This document shows positions 44,700 to 56,800 of a stretch of DNA of 64,000 bases, in pieces. The DNA comes from Anthoceros angustus. Its lineage: Eukaryota > Plantae > Anthocerotophyta. The stretch lies in NCBI GenBank assembly GCA_010909165.1, contig VJWM01000240.1, positions 191,423 to 255,422 of the forward strand. Direction: 5' to 3'. Position 1 is the stretch's first letter; the number at the start of each line of letters is the position of its first letter. The notes under the pieces were generated by a model that worked only from the letters and a program-made list of their open reading frames with translations, was not told the DNA's origin and ran no database searches. The position numbers and the translations under genes were made by a program.

Positions 44700-47600
44700 G
44701 TATGAGGATCCCATTTGTTGAGCGTTTTGAGCTTAACCTTGCGTGAAGTAGGTGACGCCAACGATTCAACTGTTCTATGGAGTGCTCGGGGCCAAAGTGG
44801 TATGAGAGTACCTTAAGTTAGCCCACCACCTTGAAGAAATCAAGACGCCGAGAGGTTTAGAGGAATTGGAAGGATACGTATTGTCCAAACTTGAGGTTAC
44901 AAAGGAGGAAGGAAACCTTGCAAGCCTATGTGGAGAGGTTCCACGCTGCGCGATCGCGTGGTCCGTGAGTTCGAGCCATACGATGGTTTGCCAAGGGCCC
45001 GGGTTCTAAGATGGGAAGGCATGTGAGGTTGCAAGCGGAAAAGAGTTTGGGCAAGGCTATCAAGGCGCTAACTATGAAGAATCTAACCCAGGATGAGGAG
45101 GTTGAGAAGGAGAAGAAGAAGCCTAGGAAGGACAAGAAGAAGGTCCGAGAAGAAGGATTCTTCGTCCTCCGCGGAAGGAAGTTCTTCAAGTGAGGGAGTT
45201 CTTAAGAATCTACGGAGGATTCCACGGAGGAAGAAAGCAGTGACTCGGAGGAGGAATCGACGGACGAGGAACGGGTCAAAAGGAAAAGGAAGAAACAAGA
45301 GGCGTGGATGTAGGGCATACGGGAAAAGAGTGCAAGAGCAAACAAGAGGCGTTGTATGCAAAAAGATGCGGAGCAGTAGAAGGGAAGGCGAGGCGCGGCC
45401 AAGAAAGTAGAACAACAGGGAACAAGATGGAGGAGATGATGGCAAAATTAGAAATTCCATCTTAATGCGGTCAAGGAACATGAGAGGCGGAGGCATCACG
45501 AACCGAGCCAATCTTCTGTTCAACGTGTGGGCAGCAGGACACTCCAAAGCTAATTGTCCAACGGGTACACTGGGATATGAGGAAGAGGAGGAAGAGGGTC
45601 CGGTGGAAGATACATATGTCCGTGGAGGTTGACCCAAGTGTACCCAAAACCATGTACCCGGCCAACCTCGTAATTCCACGGGGTAGGCGTTCGTAATCAG
45701 CGGGCAATATGGTACCGTCTTGTGCTACAATTGCCGCAATCTTGGCACTATGCTCACTGCCCTATCCAACTCGGCAATGGAGATTTGATAAACTATGTCA
45801 GATTGCGGCAGGGCATTTGGCGGGAAGTGTGCTCGCCAAAGCCCGGAAAAGACGGTGAGGATCAGCACCGTGGAGTTCACCAGCCAAACCTCCGGTGTCC
45901 GCCATGCATGTTGAGGATGCACTTATGGCGGTATGGGAGGATGCCGAGATTGGAACCACGAGGAGCTTGGAGGATTAGGCGCCGTAGGAAGCGATTATTA
46001 TGGGGAAGCCTCCGCCATGGTCGTTAGAACAAGGAGCACAAAAGCAAAAGAGAGGCGACGTGGGGGGAAAAAAAGAAGAAAGGAGGCGGATACGACCACG
46101 GGATCGGATGAGGGAGAGAGTGTCGCCACCAGCTCGGGGGCGGAAATACCAACACCAGCGGGAACGTTGGCCAAGGACGAAAAAAAAACAAGTCCTGCAG
46201 GTGACTTGGCGGATGGACCATATGTGCAAAAGGGTGATGCAGCTGAGACATTGAGTGTTCCAGCGGGCGGAAAGGCGAATGAAGGGCTGCTGACGAAAGC
46301 CGTCGAGGGGGGTGGAACCCTACCGATTTCAGAGAAAGTTACCGAACCAGAGTTAGGGTTTCCACCGGACGTCGGGGAAGTCATGGATATGATACAAGAA
46401 GAATTGGAAGGGAGGCTACGGGGAAAAGGCGGGGTGTCGATTTCCACCACCCTGGGAGTCCACCACCACCCACGAAGGGCCACCGTACCCCAAGTCATGA
46501 CAGGGAACCCACCAACCAAATCTGGATGGCGGCGACTGCGGGCCACCGCTTCTTTCAATCTCGCCGAGGCCATCATGGACCAACATTTCATGATCACATT
46601 CGGACAACTCCTCCGAGACAATCCATGATAGGCAATGATCGAGGCGTTAAAAGAGGCGCAACCCAAAAGAGGCGCAATGTTCCCTATACACCCCGCTCAT
46701 GTGAACTTGGTATCCATGGTGGATCAAGGCCCACCAACTCAGTGGAAATTTCGGGATGTGTCATTAAAGGAGTGCCTCTCGACACGGGGTCGGGTGTAAA
46801 TATTATGACAGAAGACACGGCTAGGAAATTGGGCTTGGATATTGAACATACTACCAAGGTTTTTAGCTACATGTCCGTAATGGTGGTGGGGGCCCGGCAG
46901 GTGCTAACGACCATTGGAACCATCCCTACTTGATGGATTATGTAGTCATCCAAAGAAAATCGCCAGTACGACGTCCTAATTGGCGAACATGGATGTACGC
47001 ATCGCAATGCACGCTCAAGTGGGGCGAAGGAAGTCGGTTTTAAACCGTTGGAATGGGATCCCAAGACCAAGGAGGGAAGGATGTGCCTATCGTGGAGTAA
47101 GGACATGTATGCAGGTGAAACTCCAACTGAAACAGAAGGGTACACCTCGGCAGAGGACACGTCCGGGGAGATGGGAGAGGAAGATAGGTTCCCGTTCGCA
47201 CACATCTCATGGTCTGATGAGGAGCAGGACTACCGCAGAGATATCCCATATACAATTAACCCGAGGGGTGCGGGTAATGCTCATGAAGGGGTCCGGCGAG
47301 GATTGAAGCAGTGGAGAAAGGAGGAGGCGTCACGCAGTTCACGTCGGAGGATTTGTTTAGGGAATGGGGCATGAGAGAAGAGGAACCGCGGGAGCCAGAA
47401 GAAGGATTCGGGGTTAGCACCGCACCAGTAGAGCGCGAGTGGGTACAGGCTGATGAAGTCAAGGACGTTGAGGTTCTTCCAGGGAAGGTGCTCAAATTCT
47501 CCAGAACAATGGATGCGGCGTTGGAGGAAGGAATGAAGCTGCTTGCAGAATTCATCGATGTTTTCGCCTTCGAGGTAACAGACATGAAGGGGATCCCCAA

Positions 47601-49998
47601 AGAATGGGGCGAGCATAGGATTGACTGGAACCAGGGGCAATCCCAGTAAGGATTCCACAAGTTAAATCCAAGTACTCCCTCAAGGTAAAGGATCAGTTGG
47701 AGATGTACCTCAAGGCGGATGTGATCTATCCTATAGTCAATACCGAATGGGTGGCTCCAATAGTGGTAGTACCTAAGAGGCAGCCTGGCAAAATCCGAGT
47801 TTGTCAGGACTGGAGAAGGTTGAATAAAGTCACCAAGAAGGATCACTTTCCGTTACCCTTCATCGATAATATCCTGGATCTGGTCGCAGGCAGAATGGCG
47901 TATTCATTCCTAGACGGTACTGGGTATAATCACCGCACCTTAGGGAGAGCGATTGGCCTCGACCGCTTTACAACCGAGGGGACATATGCTTACAAGCGCA
48001 TTTGGGTTGACGGAGCACTGGGTCCTTCATGCGAGCCATCGTCAAAATTTTCAAGGACTTCCTCCGACTTTATGGAAGTTTTCCGGGCGACCTGCGTATT
48101 TGGGTCAAGGACCATCTGCCGCACCTCCGGAAGTGCTGGGCGTCGAGCCACGCGCAATTATGCCGCATCCAAAAGTGCTACTTGCATGTCGGAGGAATTC
48201 TGGGGCATCGAATTTCAAGCCGAGGTATAGAAGTAGATCCGGACAAGGTAAAGGTCATCGCCACCCTTAGAGCACCAACGCTAAAGGAACTCCGCGGGTT
48301 CCCGGAATGGTCGGTATTATACGCTTGCTTCCAAATTTCAAGCGGCTGCCCCACTAACGAGCTTGTTAAGGAAGGATCGGAGTGGGAATGGACGACGCGG
48401 AGGAAGCATTCGGGACTACGCACCACTGCCGCTCCCACGCTAAGAGGACCGGAGTAAGAAGTTCCACGTTTTCGTTGATGTTTCATTTGCAATTGGGTCA
48501 TCCTTAGCCGGTAGGATGAGAAGAAGAAGGATTTTCCGATCTACTATCTTTGGAGACAACTAAACGGGCAGTATACCACCACGGGCCTTGGTTACTAGGA
48601 ATTTGTGTGTTGACCACAGTTGACCTTCACACGATAGAAGCGAGGTAGGAAGCATATCAATGCCGACTTCATATCTCGATTGAAAGCAGGAAGGTGGAAA
48701 GGGGGAACGACTTTCCGATGAGACCTTTCTGCGAGTTGCAAACCAGAGTGAAGCCAGTTCGGAAGGAGGAGAGCCGATCGATTGAGAAGGGAGGTGGCGG
48801 AAGACCAACATATCGAGATATATGATTATCTTGGCGGGCCAAATTCCTCCACATCTTTCCAAGACACAGATTCAGGCGTTCGTCCACTACTCCAGACCAT
48901 TCACACGGCACAATATGAACTTATACCGAGTCAGTCCGGACGGCAGGGAGCGGTTATGGAGTGCACTCAAGCGGTGAGCAGAGTCCTGAGCTCTTTACAC
49001 GAAGAAGAGGCGGGAGGTCATTATGCCGCGCATGTCACTTGCAGGAAAATTTTGGAGGCTGGCTATTGGTGGCCTACAATGTACAAGGATGCCAAGGAGT
49101 TCGTGAAGCCGCTTGCCAAAGGGTCGGCAAGCCAACAACAACCCAATGGCCCCTTGTCCCCATACTTGCAGCACCATTCGAGAAATGGGGAATCGATTTT
49201 GTCGGTCCTATCCAAAAACCAAGACTCGCCAAAACCAATACATCCCGTGGCCAGACATTCGCGCGGATGGTAGAAGCACGACCTTCTAGATTCGGTGGAT
49301 TCTGCTCGAGCAAATCATCACCGATATGGTACCGTGGGCTGAGTCGTGTGAGAGGAACACATTTCGTCAATCGGTAATCTCCAACATGACCAACCACTTC
49401 AACGTCCCAAGAAGTCCACGCCTTATAACCCAAAAGCCAATGGGCGTGGAAAAGGCAAATGGCTTGTTGTGCAAGATCCTAACCAAACTCACTCGATATG
49501 CGTGATGGGATATGAAAGCGCATTCAAGACTGGCGTAGGACCCGCGGAAAAGTGACAACGCAGACCCGTATTATCTCTTACTTACGGGCATTCATCATGC
49601 CAATAGAATTCAAGTTCCACCACGAGAATACAGGAACCAAGTCGAATGCCGGTGGAAGAAAGTCAGTTGGAAAGGTTGGTGGGTTTCGTCGACACACGGA
49701 GAACAGAGAACAAGCCCTCCAAGTTATGCGGGATGTCCAGCAAAGGAGGAAGGAGTGGCACGACAAGAGATTGAAGCGTCAAGAATACGTTGTTCCTGGG
49801 GATCTGGCTTTACTATATGATAACCGATACATGCATTTCCCAGGTAAATTACATCTCAGGTGGATGGGGCCCTTCAGAGTTTCAGAAGTTTTCGACAACG
49901 GATCAATTCAACTCCAGTACCTTAGTGGCTCACCACCTTGCGTCAGCGGTTGGCGGGTCAAAATATTACCAATAAGTTGGCGAGGCGCCAACAAATGA
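44700..49998 (+). pseudogene. gag-pol of guest unit 2, frameshifted
   Basis: CYNCRNLG knuckle (~45723), VPLDTGSGVNIM protease (~46770), RT ORF 47697 (CQDWRRLNKVTKKDHFPLPFID...AYSFLDG), HEEEAGGHY...WWPTMYKD and FEKWGIDFVGPI integrase, LHLRWMGPFRV C-terminus. Confidence 0.92.
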
Positions 49999-50008
49999 GA
50001 AGGGAGTA

Positions 50009-52053
50009 TGTGGAAGACCACATGTGCACTAACCTCCCAAGTGTCGGGATGAACGATTTTTTGTTTTGGATGTGTTAGAATAGCAAAGTGCTTTGAGAAT
50101 CGTCTCAGTCTTTTATCACAATGGTCCTTGGCCCTTGGAGATAATAATAATTTTTCGACCCTTAGGTTTGACCCGGAGGTGGGAGAAATAGAGTCCTTGG
50201 GTATTGGGAATTTTAGAATAAAAGGTGTCTATATATGCTAGGGATGCTCACAATGCCACTTGAGTAGTCAAGGGTGGTGGCTAGTTCCACCACGGTGGCC
50301 GAGAAACGGGACGCATGCACTGTGGGGAATTTACAACCCCAGTGGCGGAGCGGGCTACTACCGGAGCGAATCGAGAGAAGGCACACCAAAGATCGAGGTC
50401 GCGATTTCCGTGAGGGGCCGAGTGAGCCGCAGAAGAGGGGCGCGACACCACGCCAAATCCGCCCCTCAGGCAGAGGAAGGCGACGATCGTGACAGGGCGC
50501 AAGTGAGGAGAGAACGGCACGGCAAGTTCATGAGGAGGCGTGGGACCTCGACGTAGGACAAGCACGCGTCGGATGAGGATGCTCATGTCACGCATGGTGA
50601 GCGGTGCTCACCTAAACGTGTATGGTTGTTGGGATGGAGGGGAAACCATCGTCAGACATCACGCCAGGCTGGGTTCCGAAAGGAGGGCGCCTATCCTCCG
50701 CAAGGGTCTGAGGAGATGAGCGAGGCGGAGGCCGAGCATGGAGGAGGAGCACCTATGGTTGTCCAAATGAGGAGGAGCGGACATGGACATAGAGGTCACA
50801 AAGGCAACGTCCGCTGGGAAGGCGCGAGGGAAACCTCAAAGGAGAGTGAGGTGGAGGTTGTGGGGAAAATCTGATCGAGGCGGTCAAGAGCGAGAGGGTC
50901 CCCATGGGCCGAGGGCGAGGCAAGAATCGCGGAGGCGGCAGTCACTGATTTTAGGGGAGTCGCGATAGCCTAGGACCGGGGTTTTTCGGGCGAGGGATAG
51001 GGAGTTCCATCACCAGAGTCATGCTGCTTAGATTGGTAAGGGCGCCGTGGTAGGAGCTACAATTTTAGACCCTAAAGAGAAGTGAGTCCGTTGGACCACA
51101 CGGATGTATAAGAGACCCTTTGGGTGTCTCTCAAAGATCGATTTCGTGTGAACTTCCGTGTATCGAACTCGTGGTGGGGTTGATTGGAGACGCCCGTCAA
51201 GATCAAACAACGGCGCACTGCCTTCGCCACAAGAAGACCGGAAGATCCCCGGATAGTCGAGAGCGAGTGGCCAAGCCCACGCCCCGACAAAGTTGAATGG
51301 TGAGGCGCCCAACATGCGCTCGAGAAGGGGCAAGGAAAGTCGGGGTGAGATCGAACAGTGAATCGCCTGGCATCGACTGCAGGCTCTCGTCCCTCCTTCC
51401 AACAAGCTGCCCATCGAACGTGTTTAATTCTATGAGGAGGGGTCCTGTGGCCCGTGGTGAGGTCTGTGTGGCCTCGGGAAAAGGGAGAGAGATGCATACA
51501 TGTGCGTGAGAGGTTCTAAGAAGAGGGTGAGTATGCCGTGGTAAGGAAATTGTGGTTATGCTTTGAGGAAACGTGAGTAATAGAAAGAGGGGGAAAAGCG
51601 AGGAGTGAGACCGAGGGGTCGACACCGAGTCGTCGCGGCATTCCCGATCGTAGTGCCTAATTCCGGGAAGTTCGGCACGGACCCCTAGGAGTGAATTAGA
51701 GTAGATGTGAGTCTATGTGCGTGTGTGTGTGGGAAGACCGACTGAGACTCATCCGGAAGCGGTGACGCCGGGTAGTCACGACGCGACGCGCGTCAGGCGG
51801 GCCTCCTGGTTGAGTCAACCACTCGCGGGCGAACGCCCACTGGCGAGCAACCCCCGCTGACGGGGCCGAGTCCTCCATGCTGGCCTGCCCGAGAGTGGGT
51901 GGTTCGTAGGGTAAACGCCGTGGTAGGTTAGACAATCGTAGATTAGCTCATCTCGACACAAAACCATTCCCTTGGGATCGAATCCTAGGACTATAACGAG
52001 ACATAGAGGGTAAATGTGGCCTCCTAAGCGCTCTTGATGCAAAAACCATTCCA
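50009..52053 (+). repeat. Guest LTR3 (~2045 bp)
   Basis: Starts TGTGGAAGACC after the PPT and ends AAACCATTCCA. The terminal CA is replaced by GTGT before the right TSD. Confidence 0.85.
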
Positions 52054-52057
52054 GTGT

Positions 52058-52062
52058 GGAGT
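52058..52062. repeat. Right target-site duplication GGAGT
   Basis: Lies 4 nt after the recognisable LTR3 end; supported by restoration of the host ORF frame. Confidence 0.75.
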
Positions 52063-53420
52063 CCCTCCGCTTCCCACAAGTGCACCAAATAGGTGTTAAG
52101 GAATAGGGCCTTGGCCTTCCTCATCCACGAATTTGGCGAGCTTCTCTGGTGATGTAGGCCTTCATACATGATCGTCCCCAATCAAGCAGCTCCTCTTGAA
52201 ATCTTCCACAAAAGAAGAAGGTTGGTCTTTGAAATAAGAGTTCTTTGGTAATTTACTAACTACAATCTTATAAGAGCCTCCACTTGACTCCTTGATCACA
52301 GTTTTCCAGCCATTCTTGGCGTGGGCCTTCACTCCTCCGTCCATCATATCAAGAACTCTCCAGGAATTTCGGAGAGGGCAATCCTTTTCCTCCATTTGTC
52401 CTCTCGAGGAGAGCAATTCGAGCTCTCCTCCTCCGGTCTCCCATACACACAGCCGAATGCTCCGGACCGTGGCGAGGGATCGTTCGAGCATTCCTTTCGG
52501 AGTGCGGCGGGCTGCCTCCGATGGAGATTGATGGAGATTGATGAAGCACTCCTCAATCAACTTCCAAATTGGTGTAGGCCCATTGGCGGCCATACCATCC
52601 CAATTGGATGTTATCCTCCTACGCCCTTGCTAGAAAATCAACCAAATCGCGGGGTTGAGCTGCCCCATAAAGCATGTAAATTGGGGCATCTACCACCCCT
52701 CTGGCGGCGTAGCCTCCGCTGCCTTTCTTCCTTTCCACCTCGCGAGGAGTTGGCAAGTGGTTCCTTCCCTTGCCTTTTCCTCTCGGGGCATGGTGGCTTT
52801 CAATCAAGCGCTGAGGGGTGGTACTTCCCAATTTTCCGGAGTTGGCAATCCTCGAGCTTCACCTCGGTTCTCCTTGTTGCCAGCAACAACCCCAACCTAA
52901 GACACAATAGCACGTTAATCCCGTGGCACTTCCCATTCTGCCAATTTTCTTCTCTCCTCCTTCCGGGTGAGGCCGTCAGCGAGGTCTCCTTTTGTGTCCG
53001 CGCCGGCCAACCTTGTGCTTCTTCTCCTGGCGTTGGCGGCTGACTCCAGCACCCTCGTGGTCTCAAGTTCCTTCATGCTCAACGACCTTCAGCGGTTTCT
53101 TCTTGCGCTCCTTCTCCTCGGCTTCAAGCTCCGTGGCTAGGTTCCTCTCCTCAAGCATCGCCTGCTCCCTTTTGGACCCGCTTTAGTTGTGGTGATGGCG
53201 GCGTCGCTTTCTCTCCTTCTCCTCTTACGCTCCAGCAGCTCGGCTCTTGTGAGTGAGGCGCCTCACCGAAGAGGAACGCCGCCCCAAAGCACACTTTGCC
53301 TCTTTGGATGCACACGCCTGAGGCCGCCCTAGATCGGCCCATCATTCCAAAATCCTAATCCTATCTATGCTGCCTATTTCCTATTTTGCCTACTATCTCT
53401 AATTAATCGCTTTCTAATTA

Positions 53421-53434
53421 CCTTATATATTTAT
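53421..53434 (-). promoter_or_regulatory. Candidate TATA box for the host extra ORF
   Basis: The minus strand reads ATAAATATATAAGG about 80 nt upstream of ATG 53345, in the AT-rich gap after integrase. Confidence 0.35.
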
Positions 53435-53812
53435 TCCCTTATTGATGAGCATATATAGTGGATATCCTTCTATTCTAATTTCCTGAGCCGAGATTTAGCC
53501 ACCTACGGTCCGCCATGATCATGGTAGCCTTTTCATTTCACCTAGGGGTGGTACCACGGTAGTCTCACCACCGATCTTTCTGATCGCCTGCCTGCTTTGA
53601 CCCGTTCTCCTCCTGGGATATCCTTTCCTAACAATATCCTACAACTCACTCAAGCTTCTAAAATTTCACATGCTCTTCAATCGCTTTTAGCCAAAAAAAT
53701 CAAACTTGTTTGTCTTGGCTCTTTTGCTGGTTGCCCAAACTTTATGCTCCACATACTCCCCTCCTCACCTGCTTATGCCCTCGCAAACAATGGTACGCGT
53801 TGAAGGTACTTC

Positions 53813-56800
53813 TTAACCTTCCACCCATTCACTCGTCGGCAATTCTCCGCCTAGTACCCGAGTTGCTGATCCATTCTCGTACACTGCCACCACCTCATAA
53901 GGTCCCATCCATCTAAGCCTAAGTTTCCCTGGGAAGTCCAGGTATCGACTATCGTAGAGAAGAACTAAATCTCCGGCTGCGATAGCCTCCTGCTTCCTTA
54001 CTTTTCCATCATGTCGGTCTTTTCTGAGTTCTTGAATTCGCTGAGTCTCCTCTAAAGCATCTTCCCTACGTTCCTCCTGCTCTATGAAAGATTCTAACCT
54101 AGCTACCTGGCTATCCTCTACAGTCATGCGTTCATCCTCCATGATCCTGTAGGTAGGTACTTCAAATTCCACGGGCATCACAGGTGACATTCCATACGTC
54201 AGATAATAAGGGGTCTTCTTGGTGGTTACCTTCTCCAAGGGTCTAAGCCCACAAAGGAATGCAACTTAGCATCCCGCCATACATGTGTTACCATTTTGGT
54301 GAGGATTGTGCACACAACTGCTCGTCTTCTCCGCCAATCCGCTCGCCTTGGGGTTGTAGGGGTCGCTCGAATGTTGAAGTAGGTGGTTAGGACTCAACGA
54401 CAGAGTTGAGGAATGTGTCCCCTCACCGACCAACTCTAAAGGACACCCCATCTGTTATGATGTTCTCGAATAAAAACTTTGCCATTGAAAGGCCGTCCTT
54501 CCTCGCCCGCTCCACCATCTTCGCATAATCCGTAGCCACCAAAATGTACCGCTTCGTCCATTGCGCTGGTGGTTTGATTGGCCCCACTAAATCAATTCCC
54601 ACTTCTCGAAGGTGCTAACGGTAGTATGTAGGTGAGAGGCCATTGTCGACAATGTAGGCCGCCCAACCCTCGACACGCATCACACCTCCGAGTGAACCCC
54701 ACACATCCTTCGCATCGTAGCCCACCGAAGCATTTAAGATCTTCTTAACGGTCACCGACAAATAGTGTCCACCGCCTTCGCATGTAGTGCCTCCGAAGTG
54801 CCGCCTCTTCAACCTCGAGACACCTCAATCTTCTCGTCCGCCTAGCTTGTATAGAACGCCTTTAGGCAATAGGGCGAGCTTTGTGGAGAAAACAGCCCTC
54901 CTCGACAAACCATCGGCATGATTCCATGCCTAGAAATTTATGATTTCACCGCTCAAGATATCTTGGGCATGAACGCCCCTCACGTTCTCTAATCTCCTCC
55001 TTCCGTATACTACGCCGCCTCCTCGCTAGCTCGTCCGCTAGTAGGTGTGGATCCTCTTCGCCATCGCCGCCCGCCCATGCCGCACGCCTCGGCCCCGCTT
55101 ACATGCTCCTCTCCTGGACCGATCTCTTCCATTCCTCGCCGGCCTTGCCCGTGACTAGGTCCAGGGCCCCATGGCGGTCTCCTGCCTTCTTGCACCTCCA
55201 TGTCCTCCGAGGAGTGATTTCCATGATCCGCCATCTCCTCCTCCAAGTTTTTCTTCAAACTTGTCATGGGGTGCGCCCTTCCTTTTGCCAACTCAGGCTC
55301 CACTTGCAGCCTCCCGACTGCCACCCTGAGGAGCATTCCAGCCTCCTCCTCGCCCATGGCGCATCCTATCTCTGATTTCCATTGTCCTGCCGCAGTTTTT
55401 CCTCGCACAACGCCTTTCTTGCTCATTTGGCCTCCACCGGCAACAAGACTTGCTGATCAATTCTTATGCCGCCTACAACATGCTCATCCCTCTCTTCGAT
55501 CCAGTCGTGCGACCAACCCCTCGTGAAATCACGTCTGTGGCCTCAAGTCGCTTCCGCTGACGAGAAATAAAATCAGCATTTTGATGCTGCTTCCCTCGCC
55601 TAGTTTCCACGTCATAATCAAATTCTTGCAGCAGCACCCATCTGGCAATCCTTCCTGACAAATCCGGCTTGTTCACAAGGTACTTCAACGCAAAATGGTC
55701 AACATGGAACGCCACTGCAAGCAAGCGCGTATAGTGTCTAAACTTCTTACATGAGTAAATGATACCAAGACCCTCCCGCCCGTGGTTGAGTAGTTCTTCA
55801 AGATCCGTGATCGCCTACCCAAGCATAGAAAATCGGATGATCCCGCTTTCTCGCCCTTCCGCTTAAGACGGTCCCAATGGCATAAGCGACACATCCACGA
55901 TACGTGAAACGGTTTCTCCCAATCCGCGGGTTGTAACGCTGGTGCGCCACCTGTCCTTCACCAAAAGCCTCCTGCGCATCGTCCATTCGAAGGTGTATCC
56001 TTCTTGGTCAATTGTGTCAACAAGGCTGCCTTCTTAGCGAAATCCTTGATGAACCTCCTCAGAATATCCTACCAGCCCTACAAAAGCACGCACCGCCTCA
56101 CCGCTTGTGGCGCCCATCATCTCATCTATAATCGCTACTTTCTCCTTATCTACCGCAACCTGCATCAGATGTGCTAACAAAGCCCTCTCCTCATACCAAA
56201 ATAACACTTCCGGATGAAGTTTCATGTTCGATTCTGCACTGAAACATTGTCTCAAATGGTCTAGATGCGCTTTTCTCCTCCAACACGCAAAATCATCTAG
56301 GAATACCTCCATGAACTTCCGTAGAAATCTCGAATATCGCGCTCACACGCTACTGAAAGTGGCAGGCATTGACAACCAAAGGGAGCTTGAATAAGCATAG
56401 GTTCCCAACCACAGAATGTTGTCTTGTCCTCGATCCTCCTTCCGCGTAAACTGATTGTACCGTAAATACCAAGAAACTAGACATCTCATGTCCACTACCG
56501 TGTCCAAAGACACCGTCCATGAAAGGCAAAGGGTGATGATCCTTCGTCGCTTCATTGAGCTTCCTCGAACTCGCATACCCAACCTTTCCCGCTTCTTGGT
56601 ACAATCACGATGGTGCGACCCACTGTGAGCACCGGTAAATTACCCGCCTCCAAATATTGGTCAAATGATCCTTACCATGGAATACTTGGGGTTCAACTGC
56701 ATCGCTTGATTCTCACCGAGTGCCTCCAAGTCGATTCGATGTATCCCGCCTCCAATCCTCATGTCAAGAATTTGAAGGCAAACACATCGACATACTCCTA

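Larger units (their letters stand above)
32826..52053 (+). mobile_element. Tandem Ty3/gypsy insertion with LTR-internal-LTR-internal-LTR structure (non-chromovirus, Athila/Tat-like)
   Basis: Three ~2-kb LTRs and two internal regions with domain order gag (CCHC) - protease - RT - RNase H - integrase, an Asp-tRNA-like PBS and PPTs. No chromodomain after integrase. Confidence 0.92.
28300..53345 (-). pseudogene. Extra ORF downstream of pol in the host gypsy element, interrupted by the 32826-52057 insertion and by internal duplications
   Basis: ATGATG at 53345, a charged coil, KNGWK, DWGTIMYEGL and NTYLVHLWEAEGL (to 52058) join in frame to LTSKELEDAWHP (from 32820) once the insert and one GGAGT are removed. 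Downstream are coiled-coil segments such as EEVKAQEMTERR...KLEKVVEKLQRDL. Many frameshifts; the 3' limit is approximate. Confidence 0.7.
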
